A DNA stretch of 64,000 bases from Eledone cirrhosa (Eukaryota). Under the pieces are notes generated by a model. That model did no database searches. It was not told the DNA's origin and worked only from the letters and a program-made list of their open reading frames with translations. The stretch spans positions 56,606,001 to 56,670,000 of the forward strand of contig OZ024748.1 of the NCBI GenBank assembly GCA_964016885.1, read 5' to 3'. The number at the start of each line of letters is the position of its first letter. Position 1 is the first letter of the stretch. Position numbers and translations under genes: made by a program. This document shows positions 46,848 to 61,472 of the stretch, one piece after another.

Positions 46848-46944
46848 AGACGTAGTTGAAGAACTTGCGATTTCAGTGTTAAGTTCGATCATCGCATCGA
46901 TCGTGGCTCGAGATGGTCGCCAGAGAAACGATTGTAATATGTCT
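46848..46944 (+). ncRNA. Degenerate hammerhead-like motif
   Basis: agacgtag-TTGAAGA-[aactt/aagtt and cgatcatc/gatggtcg hairpins]-GAAAC-gatt-GTA-atatgtct. Confidence 0.45.
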
Positions 46945-47054
46945 AATAAATTCTAATTCGTCGCACCACTGATTCTCCGTTTCTGTAAGAGCATCGATTG
47001 CTCAAACAGCATACCGCTTACGGACGCTTTAACCATCTCCCACCATATATATAC

Positions 47055-47087
<33 letters not shown>

Positions 47088-47203
47088 TATATATATATAT
47101 ATTTATATATATATTTATATATATAACAAAGGAATTGTGGTAAGGAACAAGATGGACCATAACGCACCAGAGTACTCAATACTTAGGGTAATAGAGTGGA
47201 AAA

Positions 47204-47320
47204 TAGGAAAAAGTATGACCCCGACGGCAGAGCTCTAGCCGTTCCGACGGCTATTTCTGGAGTCCAGAAATAGCCGTCGGAACGGCTCGAGCTCTGCCGT
47301 CGGGGTCATACTGTTTCCTA
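47204..47320. repeat. 117-bp near-perfect palindrome (58-bp arms, 1-nt loop, 2 mismatches)
   Basis: taggaaaaagtatgaccccgacggcag...tctgga-g-tccaga...ctgccgtcggggtcatactgtttccta. Confidence 0.95.
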
Positions 47321-47439
47321 TATATATATATATATATATATGTTAAGTATTTCCGAAGAAAAGGCAATGGAAAAAAGAGTGTTCTATTTATAATACAAAA
47401 CTATTTAATTAGAAAGTGAACAACACAATATATAACTAC

Positions 47440-47505
47440 TCCATTACAAAAGGTTTTAGGGCTCTAGACAATATTAACAGACGTCTAGTTCGCTCATCAG
47501 AAGGA
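47440..47505 (-). ncRNA. Hammerhead-like motif inside a foldback module
   Basis: tcctt-CTGATGA-...tagac/gtcta...-aaaacc-tttt-GTA-atgga; the inverted arm (47516-47591) retains GAAAcc-ttt-gGTA. Confidence 0.55.
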
Positions 47506-48394
47506 AGGTTATAAATGTTAATATTGTCTAGGGTCCTGAAACCTTTGGTAATGGAATGGTTATATATTGTGTTGTTCATTTTTAATTAAATATATATATA
47601 TAGTTCATTTTCTAATTAAATATACATATATATATATATATTTATATATAAACATAGATCTGTGGGTGTGCGCGTGAGTATGTGTGCATGTGTGTATGTG
47701 TGTATGTGTTTGATTCTCTATATCTATGTGTGTATCAATGTACGTCTTTCTATTCATATATATATATATATACACTTCATTAAGCCGTCTGACTGAAGGT
47801 TATTTGTTGGTAGGTAACTTTAAATGTGACATCGTTTCCCATCAAAGTGTATGTACTCTTTATATATTTGCACATTCACGTTTGTTTCCATGTTTACGCG
47901 TACAACTCGGATTGATTCTCTACCATGTGTTTACAAAACACATTACATCCAGCACATTATTATAAATAAAATTAAGCCACATATGAAAACACTATAGTAC
48001 CTTAGTCTGCTGAATATATATTTAATCAGCGACACAGAACTATAATTTATATATACATATTAGCATTGAAACGCATAGCGTATATAATTTTGTGAAAAAC
48101 AAATCTTTTAGTTTTCAGAATAAGAAATATTTTGAAGCGAAATAATATAGACATAGTTAAAATGGCATTCAATAAACTCTTTCATTAGGCCACAATACAA
48201 ATATATATATGTATATGTACGTATCTTTGTGTGTGTTTGTGTGTGTATCCGTATGTGGTTGTCGGATGAGACATAAATGAGTACTCAAAACCGAAGTAGA
48301 GTTTTAATATTCATTTGTTATTAAGACTAAAATATTATGTTTGTTACTCTGGAGTTTCGCCTGTTTATGAGAGGGAAATCCGGCAAGAACGGAA

Positions 48395-48442
48395 CTTGTA
48401 TGATGACCCTGTGTTAAACAGGCAAAACTCCGGAGTAACAAG
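48395..48442 (+). ncRNA. Hammerhead-like motif with palindromic stem III
   Basis: cttgt-aTGATGA-c-cctgt-gttaa-acagg-c-aAAA-ctccgga-GTA-acaag; the inverted arm at 48341-48367 retains GAAA. Confidence 0.65.
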
Positions 48443-49451
48443 ATTCTCGTGTGTATACCGCAGAAGGTCATTTAAAGTTCAACGAGAAGAAGGATGTATT
48501 TTTCATCAACTGAATCAATGTCTATTTTAGTGCATAACTAGTCTTCAAATCAGAAATTAAGGCAAATCCTCAATCAGCTAAGAAACGACGTATAACATCA
48601 AGAGCAAATTCTTGAATACCCATTACTGAATTTGACGGATGTCTTATACATATCTATTACAATTAACTGTGCTTTCCAAACCAAACAATGGGGAACATAT
48701 CTAATAAATATATATTTATATTTCAGGAAATACAGGAGGTAGTGATACACAGTACCACTAAAATCAAAAGAATTTGAAGCATAAACAACAAGTTATTTAA
48801 CGTAATGTCTCTCTCAAAAAAATCGTGTTGGACCTATTTTGTTCCATATCCTAAGATTTCCGTTTGTTACTAAGCAACAAATACATAAATATAGAAAACA
48901 TACTCAGAGAAATAGCATGTCAGTGGCTGAGAATCCGCGAACATGTTTACTAGCTTACTTCTCAGTATGGAAAAATGTCGGCCAATAGAGTTACACGTAC
49001 GACGCAGATTTTTTTAACTGGATGAGCACTGTGAAATGTAGATTGTTGGTCAAAAACACAACATGGGTCGGGAATCGAACTCAGGTAAATATCCTTCGAT
49101 GCCAAATACCGAAACAATGGAACAATGCACATTCTCAGCAAGTATATGGATTACTAGAGATAAAGCAATCAGTCATTTGTAATCTGCAAGTTTATGTCAG
49201 ACCGAAAACAAAATGCCTCTTCTCTTTTGTTTTATCTATTTATATATATATATTTTTTTAAAGTTACCTTTAAAAGTGTTGAGTTGACATTTCAATACAA
49301 AAAGTATCCCAGTCACAGCATACATATACGCGTGTGCGCGTGTACACGTGTGTGTGTGTGTACACGTGAATAAGGCACACGTTACCTACATGTGTTCAGT
49401 GCTCATTCAGTAAATGTTTTAATGTTATACTATGGTATTAAAATAAAACAT

Positions 49452-50462
<1,011 letters not shown>

Positions 50463-50503
50463 TTGTGTGTGTGAATATATGATTATGCATAGGGAACATT
50501 TTA

Positions 50504-50538
<35 letters not shown>

Positions 50539-50699
50539 ATATTAATAATATTTTCCCTTAGCACCATACTACGTGATATGTAAGCATAATACAAGATTGG
50601 TGCATTAGGGGGGAATTAACATTCAGACACCTACATGTTGAGAATTCCGAATAGAGAAACTCGTCGCCTACACATAGATATACACAAACACACCCATAT

Positions 50700-50872
<173 letters not shown>

Positions 50873-51441
50873 ATTAATATATGTGTGTGTATATTTATAC
50901 GTATATACTTATACATATATATATATATACATATTATGAGTACATTTTTATATCTATGTATATTATATATATATATAGGAGTACTTGTAACAATGTATGT
51001 ATGTATGTATTTATATACGAGTATTTCTTCGGAATTAAGAACGTATTTAATCTACAGTAATAAATCGTCTAACAAATATATTTGTGAACTGTCTTTATAA
51101 TTATGTTTTTTAAAGACCGATGTATTAGAAGTCACCCCGGAAATAATTTAGTTTGATGAGATAGAAAAACTGTAAGTAGCTAGGAAAAAAACAACATAAA
51201 TAATGATAAAAGTCACATCTTACGATATTTTGCATATAAAATGTATTAAATAAAAAAATAATATAAAATTGGGTTGCTTATAATCTACAAGTTTGAACTT
51301 TATATATATATACAAACGCACACACATATATACATATACATACACACACTCACATATAGACACACATATACATACACACACATATATACGTACACACATA
51401 TATACATACATATACACATATATACATATATACATATATAT

Positions 51442-51487
<46 letters not shown>

Positions 51488-51864
51488 GTGTGCTTGTATG
51501 TCTGCATTCTTGTTAAAATCATGAAAAATTACAAAGTGAAATTCAGAATGCATGGATTTAAATCTTTTACCATAACTTTTATTACAACTCCTTCCGTTGG
51601 AAAACACTTCAGAACAAAATGACTATTGTATTTAATTAATTGCAAAAGTCATTGACTTACTTTCAGTCAAACCTGGAATTTTTTATGATTATAAGACCAA
51701 ATATTTTAGAACTTTCTTAAATATTTACTTCCTAATTTTATATCTTATAATATTTTGCCTCGCTTTGTACCTTAACGTCCACTTATATGCAACAGTGTAT
51801 CCTTGTTCATTTACGTCTGGCTATATGTGTGTGTGCGTGTGCGTGTACTCCTTTACCTGTACCA

Positions 51865-53690
51865 GCGATCCGGTTGAGGCCATGCAGGGGCACCGCATTT
51901 GTTGCAACACATTCTATCTCTAGCCTGTGTTGGCTGACAATTGATGTAAGAGGGACTTCATTGCTGCTGTCCTTAGGTTACCTTCATGCCATGCTGTGGC
52001 TCATCCAGGATTCTGGATAGCATGGTGTCATGATGTTTCTTGAAAACATCCACGTCCACACCATGCAGATCTCTGAAATTTCTTGGAAGCTTGTTGAACA
52101 GTTGAGGGCCTTTGAACCCCTGGCTATCGAAATTTCTGCTTCTTATACTAGATGTGAAAGATGGGACCTTCGGCACTACACTGGTGTCTTGTTCGGGGGT
52201 TAATCCATCTCTCAATGCCAAGTTTGGTACTTGACTCTCCAGGTTTTTCCATATGCATATCACTGCGTATCTCTCCCGTCTTCGTTCCAATGAGTAGAGT
52301 TTCAGCTTTTTTAGCCTCTCCCAGTAGCTCATCGCCTTCATCGTGGCAATCCTCTTGGTGTAGCTTCGTTGGATTTCCTCAAGCTCCGTGGTTAGCTTTA
52401 TACTACGGGGTGACCAGAGCTGGCAGCATTAGTCCAAAGTAGCAATATGTTCTCTCGGTCTCTTGTCCAGAAAGTGATCAAGATCCACCCAGCCAGTCGC
52501 CTGCACTTTGTCAGATGTAAAAAGATGCATCGTTGCTTATGTCTATCGCTCAGGTCCCGTATCTATTTCTACACGGGTATTTCGATATCTCCAGTGTAGC
52601 TGTGTTGTATTGTCTGTGTGTTTGCAGGCTGGTATTGTAGTGCGTCAAATTTTCCAGCATTAAATTGCATGTTGTTGTCCTCGGCCCTTTTGTATATGGC
52701 ATACTGATCTTGTAAAAGGGCAGCATCAGTTTCCTTTTAGAGCTGGCTAAAATGCTCTGGCTTGTGTCTTAAGAAATGATGCAGCCTCTCCCCTACCTTT
52801 CAGGTTATGCCGAGTCTGTGTAGTTTGTGATATATATCATTCCGTGTTTGACCTTGTCAAAAGCCTTCGCAAAGTCAAGATATATGTTATCTATCCAGTA
52901 ATTATTTCAGTCATTGTGTTGTAACAGCTGTGTAAGGCAGTCATTTTCCTCATTTACCGCTAGCCAAAGAACCTCTGAAGAGGATCTTCAGTGGTCTTGC
53001 TAATGCACGCTTACGTGGTTTTATGGGGACTGCTGGGAATCCATCAGATCCAGCAGCTGAGTTTGATCTAATGTTTTCTATACCGGATATCACATCTTCC
53101 TATGTTATATCTCTTGGTTGATGATCGCCATTTCTTCGTGGAGTTTGTGGTATCAAAGAAATCCTCTGTCTTTGTTATTTGCATCTACCTCAATGGGGGT
53201 TTGAACACACTTTTGTACTGTTCATTCAGTATTTCACTTATCTCTTGGGGATCCTCAGTTAATAAACCATTTTTATGGAAGAGTTGCCCAATCTTACAGT
53301 GTACTTAGGCAGTTTCTTTTGCAAATTTAAAGAAGACCTTGAGTTTGTTTTAATATTTTCTATTGTACTGGCTTCGCTCTCTGCCCCCTCCTTCTCATGG
53401 GAAAGTTTGAGTGCAGTTTCAATTCCAAGTAATGATGTTTCAGATAGGGTTCCTCCTTATTTTTCTGTTGTGTATTTAACTGGTTTGAGAACTTAGTCCT
53501 TCGTCTCATCACATATAATAATTGTAAATCGATCTTTAGCTGCAGTACTGCAAGTACTATTTGATTTCTTTGAGGCAATCACAAAGCACTCAATGGGGCG
53601 AAAGTTGAAAGCAAACATTAAGTCCAGAGTTAACACCCTAGTTATAAAATGTGACACCCAGAAAATCGACCGAAGGCACCAACTATACAT
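51865..53690 (-). mobile_element. Degenerate CR1-clade LINE (ORF2 RT and C-terminus)
   Basis: NSAAGSDGFPAV (~53030-53063), IYLDFAKAFDKVKHG (~52841-52885), SYWERLKKLKLYSLERRRER (ORF 51973..52341); multiple stops and frameshifts. Confidence 0.88.
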
Positions 53691-53908
53691 ACCACAGAAT
53701 TACGATATATATATATATATATTGTTATACTTTGGGGGGGGGGGTCATGTTGCCAATAAGAAACACACGCACCAGTTGCTTTCACTCCAATTTATTATAA
53801 ATTAAAAAATGTTAAAAACATTATTTTATTTTTTTTATCTTTTTAAGAAAATTTATAGATTTCCCGTTGGTTGGTTGGTTCCACAACCGGACGGTTGTTC
53901 ATATATTG

Positions 53909-53949
53909 TCAAAGTTCTTTCGACACACATTCTGTGACCTCTTCAGTGA
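53909..53949 (-). ncRNA. Minimal hammerhead ribozyme, intact core
   Basis: tca-CTGAAGA-ggtcaca-gaa-tgtgtgtc-GAAA-gaa-CTT-tga within the TA-flanked module 53721-53951. Confidence 0.6.
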
Positions 53950-56851
53950 GGTATATATATATATATATATGTATGTATATATATATATATTTACTTTTTA
54001 TAGAAATGACTTCTACAAAACTAAAGCTGTTTTATTCGTGAGAAATGATCATCATTATAGAGAGAGTGAACGCGATAAGCACTTTCTTGCTAATAACACG
54101 GTTTTTGCGTAAGCCACATCTCTTTCAGTTTCTAGTTGATTCCCTCTCTCTCTTCTTGCTTCTTACCCTCCTCTCTTTGTTATCCATTACATTCGTTAGG
54201 TAGCAGTACGTCTGTATCTAATCTCCACCACCCAACCACATGTCTTTCAGGAACATCTAAATATTTCCTTTTTTCCAGCGGTAAAGTGTTCCAAATTGTA
54301 CGTGATAAATCTGCTCTCTATCTATTTTGACTCGTAACATTTTGTATGTAATTTTCAATGTTTTTATCAAAAGACACCCATACATTTTGCTATCAATTTT
54401 TTTATTCGTTATTGTCTCACATACATCTTACCAGCCTAGGGGTTCTCTAATCTGATGCGCAGCCCGGCATTAAAATTCAATATAATCTTACTGCACTAAA
54501 TGGCACGCCTGCAAGGTAGATGATGAGGAACATTTGCAATTGTCTGTTCGTTTCATGTAATTCCTATTACGGGTGCATTTCCTACAGATAACATCACCAC
54601 CACCTCCACCACCACCTCTAAAAAAGAAAAAAATACAAATAACTATTCATATTGCTCATAATAAAAAAAGCTGACTAACGGAGTCGATGTTTGAGTAACA
54701 TATTTATTTTCGAGTGGTTGGTGGTTGTGAGATATTGTATATTATCGGCTATATGTGTTATATTATTGGTTGGGAATTACTTGAATCATATCTACTATGT
54801 GGGGTGTGTTCTTTTCTGGTTTAGTAATTCTAGATTCTTTACCTACATGTGTGCGTTGCTTTTGAATTGAGTATTATTATTATATATCCTTATCTGATAT
54901 AGAAAACATCAAAGTATAATCTAAATTTATCATTATTGTTATCTTCACTCGAAGTATTGATGTTCTTATTTTGTCCTAAAGCATCGTATAATCAACTTAA
55001 TATATTTGAATTTTCAAATGTATTTTAAATACATTACTCTTATTGCATATTGCGCTTGTGTTAGTGTTCAAACCCGAGGTCGAAAAAGGCATTAATTATT
55101 ATAAAAACTTATAGAAAAAGAAATATTGATTACATATATTTACGATTTCGCTGTTGATATGTATTAATAAATTGATCTAGAAATTTTGAAGGAAATATTT
55201 TACCCACATATGTTAGATAACGCTGACTATCAGGGAAGAGAAGGCAAAAATGATTGAGAATAATGATAGAAATAGCAAAAAAAATATCCAACTTTAATTT
55301 CCTCACTGACACGTATACAAGAATAACAAGTAAAATAGGAAGAAGAAATATAAAATATATAATAATGTAGACACCTGTGATAAGGATTGCAGCAAGGACA
55401 GTATTCAGTTGATGATACCGGAAAGAAAATCATTAAATATATCTGCATTAAGGGAAAAGTATGATAGTAAACACATTGCATTACCACCAGATATATATAT
55501 ATGTAAGGATATATTATTTGGAACTCTATATTGTAGCAAAAATGAAACATCCAGTGTGCTGTCAAAATTAATATAGGATAGATCCATTATTTGGTCTCTG
55601 TCCATTATTCAATTGTAAATGTATTATTTCTGTGTATGAGATGACCATTGCGTAGTGTTATGTTCCTGATATATTACAAATAAAAAAGTCTAAATTTACA
55701 AACTAGGGCGAGTATCTCACCGATTTCTTTCACTCTCTCAACACCAAATTTGATTTGAGGTAAGGGTTGATATGTAAATATGCATAGTCTATGTTTCAAA
55801 ACCAGAGAATCTTGTTCAAAATCATGGTGTAATTGAAACATAAGTGATATGTAGAGACATATATAGGATTTTGTACACAGTATTACTCATTCATATTCGA
55901 GGTTTATACCTCATTCAGACGACACGATTCAAATGGGTTGGCAATGACATTTGGAAACAGCTCTATCTCAAACTAAGAGCGAATTTAGAAGTAAGAAGAG
56001 GCAAGCCATTAGATATAAACGTCAATAATTGTCAGGTCATAACACTCAGTCTAGTAATCATTTATGTACTATATCTTTTAGAGATAGGAAATGGGAAAAG
56101 TCACTTCCTTCTCTTCAACAAAGCAAACATTAAATATCTGAATTGGTTTCAAACGGAGAGAGATATTGCATTACTCGTTCTCAACATCCGTTTACAGGTA
56201 ATATATGTATGTATATGATTTAGCCATAATTGTTACATTAATAATTATGTGATATTACTACAATTTATAATTGCATCTAACCATATTTATTATTAAGTTA
56301 ATAATTTCATCTAACCATGTGTTATTATTAAGTTAATAATTACTTATAACCATGTGTTCCGGGGTGTCAAAGTTATTTGAAATCGCTGGCAACAGAAATT
56401 ATTGACAAGAAAAATCGATAATGTTTTAAAACAAAAAAAAAGTTTTGTCTTTGATTGTCATCTCATCGCAAGAATGACAGGATATTAGCAAAATTGAGCT
56501 GAATGAAAAAAAAAATTAATGCGGAGGACAATTTAATACTGTGCATAAATCTTTGTCTTATGTTTGTTAGTTGTTTCTTTTTTCTCCATCTATTTTTGAG
56601 ATAGGAAACTTTTACTAATTAGTTTGTGTAGACATTGAAGATATACTGTGGATTTATTTGTATGAAAATATGAGAGAAGAAGAAAAAAAGACAGTAGTTA
56701 TGATATCATCATGGAAATCTAGAAGACATTTGATTTGACAAGGTATGTCAAGAATTCCAAAGTATCATTCGTGTTTTCTAAAAGGCTAATCAATTCACAT
56801 TTATATTTTTATGTTTATCTCTTTAATTACCTCAACGTGGTCTGCATCATT

Positions 56852-56905
<54 letters not shown>

Positions 56906-57249
56906 TATGGGTGTGTGTGTGTGTTCATATGTATGTAATTTAACTTGTTATTTATTCATGTAGAAAATCTATATGAACTTGATGAATATTTGATAAATTG
57001 ATAACCCTCATTATATGCTCTAAGTATGATAAAACTTACCTAAAGAACGTGGCATAGATCTTCTCTCCAGAGACGTGGGACGAGGCAGAACTATATTGGG
57101 ATTAAGCTAGCGTAATTTTTCTGCTTCAGTTATATTTTGCTATCATTAAGTAGATCTAAACTGATTGGATACTCTGTCTACTTGATGGATGCTCCACTGT
57201 ATAAGATCAAAACTTTAAGCCGAAAGAAAATGGAAAAATATATAAATTA

Positions 57250-57820
<571 letters not shown>

Positions 57821-57865
57821 CCTTATCGAGCCCTCTTCGGATTTTAGTCTTCACATTTATTATTA

Positions 57866-57900
<35 letters not shown>

Positions 57901-58003
57901 CCAAAGATTAATAGGGTTCATTGATTACTCAATGAATATAGTTTTACAATAGATTAAAATGACTCTACAAGAAAGTTTTCTGGAGTTATTAATATTTTGA
58001 ATA

Positions 58004-58052
<49 letters not shown>

Positions 58053-58860
58053 ATAACGAATTATTTCGTTATTGACAGTTTCAAGGCATGTCCACTCTTC
58101 TAATCTAAATTTCTGTTTCTATAATGTGGAAAGTAATATAAGGCTAAACAATGCAACATAGACGGTAAAATAAAGGTAATGGAAAGTGAGTTACCTAGTA
58201 ATGTTTATTTTGTCTTCTTTTGTTTCTTTCGTCCTAATATTTTGAGACAGAGAAAAAAGTTCCGGTTTCGTATCTTTGGAGTGGTGGTAATAAGTTAGAC
58301 ATGGCCTAGGCCAATATTGGCTGAAACCTATTAGAGTTATACTGCAACGTATGCAGTTAATTACATATATTTCAGACATAACAGACCAGATTTATTCCTC
58401 TCGATGTCATCTTGTGTTTTACTTCGGCACAACCTAAGTAAGGCTATATTATACAATGTTGTCCTTCATTCTATGAAGATGGTATGATGTGATTTGAACT
58501 AATATGTAATTCTAGATGATACCAACCGTTATATTCTCATCAATACGATTTACACTTTTTCTTCAGCTTCCAATATATTGTCATTATGTCAGAGAGCATC
58601 TCAAATTGGAAAAGTCTGAAAGTACTCACACTAACAGTCGCCGCACAAAATATAAACTTTTAGCATTTCACAAATATAGCGTATTCGTTGTTATTCCCAT
58701 TTTTTCTTCTTTGAATATACAAATTGATGTAGATCATCCTAAAGATAGCGTAACATGAAATAAAGTTGAAGAAATCATTTCTATTTACACTCGGCTATAC
58801 TTATATGTGCGACATATTGAACTATGCGATAAACATAAATATATATGTGTGTGTGTGTGT

Positions 58861-58962
<102 letters not shown>

Positions 58963-59062
58963 ATATATACATATATATGTATATGTATATATATATGTGT
59001 ATATATATACATATATGTGTATATATATACATATATATATATAACGAATACGCTATATTTAT

Positions 59063-59420
59063 ACTCTGATATAACACCTGCAACTCTGATGGTATCCAAT
59101 GATGTTGAATTGTTCTTCTTTTTGGTAAATATCATCTTGGTTAAGAGAGTGGGACTGGCTTTGTGCAGTGCCTTTGCTCACTATAAAAGCTTCACGGCAC
59201 AGGCATTGCTTTATATCTGGAGATCTCCCTGCATTTGTCGTCACATGATACCATGGGCCCAGCACTAAGTGTCAATAATTGTCACAAGTGTAGTGTTTGT
59301 ACCAGAGTTTTCAAGTCGCTGGCTGGACTAAAAAGTCACACTCGTTCAGCGCATCGGTAGGGGTTCTCCTACATGGATATAAAGTAGTGGCCATACTCGA
59401 AAACGAGTTGGCAGCCACCA
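59063..59420 (+). mobile_element. Internally deleted non-autonomous RTE derivative, copy 2
   Basis: Reverse complement of 20047-20404; 59283-59360 encodes [25 protein letters not shown] (C-x2-C-x12-H-x4-H). Confidence 0.75.
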
Positions 59421-60114
59421 TATGTATATATACATATATGTGTATATATACATATATGTGTATATATATACATATATGTATATATGTGTATATATACATA
59501 TACATATATATGTGTGTGTGTATATATACATATATATGTTTATGTATATATGTGTATATATAGATATATATGTATATATATGTGTGTGTATATATATGTA
59601 TGTATATATATATATTTATGTATATATATATATATGTATATATATATGTATATATATATATATATATATGTATATATGTGTGTGTATATATATATATGTG
59701 TGTATATATGTATATATGTGTGTGTGTATGTATGTATATATGAGAGAGAGAGGGAAGAAGATAGATATTGTCAAAGAGAGGTGAGAATTGATGGGTAGGT
59801 TGAAAGTTATTTTCTTTGACTGATTGCTACAATATTTGATGAAAAACACGCGTGGACAGAAATGTAAAAAATACTCAGTACGAAAAGCGTTTTTTAGTTA
59901 CATTCGCTTTTCAGAAAAAGATAACTACAGAAAACTGAAATATATACTAAGTGAGACAGACGGAAAGTCAGCCGAAATTTTCGTTAGATACATTGGTAAT
60001 TTTTTTTTTTAATAGCTATATAATTGCAATAATGAAAAATATACTATGCATATGAGTATAATGCACTGAAAGCAAAATACAAGCATACCTACATACATAC
60101 CTACACACACACAC

Positions 60115-60154
<40 letters not shown>

Positions 60155-60332
60155 GGTCCATGGAACGCTTGCCACCACAAATCGGAAATTGCGCTTCGCT
60201 TATTTCTACCAGCCGAAATACGATTCTTGCTAAAGTTAAAAAAGTGGAAGATGCTAGATGGTCGGTCGTCCTCGGGTCTAAGATTTTCAGCCCCATGGAT
60301 TTTATCTGTTACATTCATTTATTATATTTCGA

Positions 60333-60390
60333 ATGCCTGATGATATCACCTGCTTCATACGGAAGCCGGTCATTGAAATGATCATAGTAT
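60333..60390 (+). ncRNA. Hammerhead ribozyme with palindromic stem III, intact core
   Basis: atgc-CTGATGA-tatc-acc-t-gcttc-atacg-gaagc-c-ggt-catt-GAAA-tgatc-ATA-gtat; ATGATCAT palindrome; in a module from 60152 to ~60573 between (TA)n and (TATG)n. Confidence 0.72.
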
Positions 60391-60572
60391 AATAAACCTT
60401 TCAAGGATTTACACAAGTCCAGCCTCCTGTTATTTTATAATATTTAACTCCGTACTCGCACCACCAACTGCACAAACGAAGACGGTTGAGCTGCTTTACG
60501 TTCAGTACTCTCCATATTATTACATCAAGATAGACCATACGGAATTGTCCAGTGGTGAACCTTCAAACCTAA

Positions 60573-60603
<31 letters not shown>

Positions 60604-60637
60604 TGTATGTATGTATGTATGTATGTATGTATGTATG

Positions 60638-60689
<52 letters not shown>

Positions 60690-61355
60690 GTTGCGTTGTT
60701 CACTGATATGAGTTGCGTTGCATATTCGCGGGAGGAGAAAGTCTGAAAAATGTTTGTCAATGTTGGAATTCACCAAATGATGCCCCTTGTAAATAGCGTA
60801 TATCACCTACATAGCTGTGCTGTGTTTGTGGTTAAAATATATCTTCAGATCCGTACATAGACACATTTCAGAACAGGTAGACATCACAATGCTTATATAA
60901 CACCACCGACATATTTGATTTGAATTACTATATATTACCTAGCCACGGGCCATTAACACTTGATGAACTAGTAGGATTGCTATCATGACATGCGTGTTAT
61001 CTTGCGGATCCACAGTTTTCCATCGGAAAACAGAAGGCGTTGGTGGTGGTGGGGATGCTGGTGGCGAAAGCAAATATGTACATAGAAATTAGATCCCTGT
61101 ATTGAACTAGTACATTTCATTTTTACGTCGAATGAAGGAATAACAGAGTTGACCTCTGTGTGAATTCTAAACAGATCGCAAGAAGCAGGAAGATATATCG
61201 CAAATGTCTTTTGTTGATTTTCTAACGATTCAACCATTTCGACGCCTCACATAAGTTAAAATCCTGAATCCACTTTTCCGGAGTATAGAAAGACATATAT
61301 TTGGTGAGCCCCCGTCTATTACCATATTTAGGCATATAGTTACCTTCTTTTACGA

Positions 61356-61472
61356 CCTGAGTTCAAATGCCGCCGAGGTTAACTTTGTCTTTCATCCTTA
61401 CGGGGTCGATAAAATAAAGTACTAGTAATGTACTGGGATGATTGCTGGCCTTGTGCCAAAAGTAGAAACAGT
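61356..61472 (+). mobile_element. 5'-truncated SINE
   Basis: ctgagttcaaatgccgccgaggttaactttgtctttcatccttacggggtcgataaaataaagtac...gccaaaagtagaaac. Confidence 0.85.
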
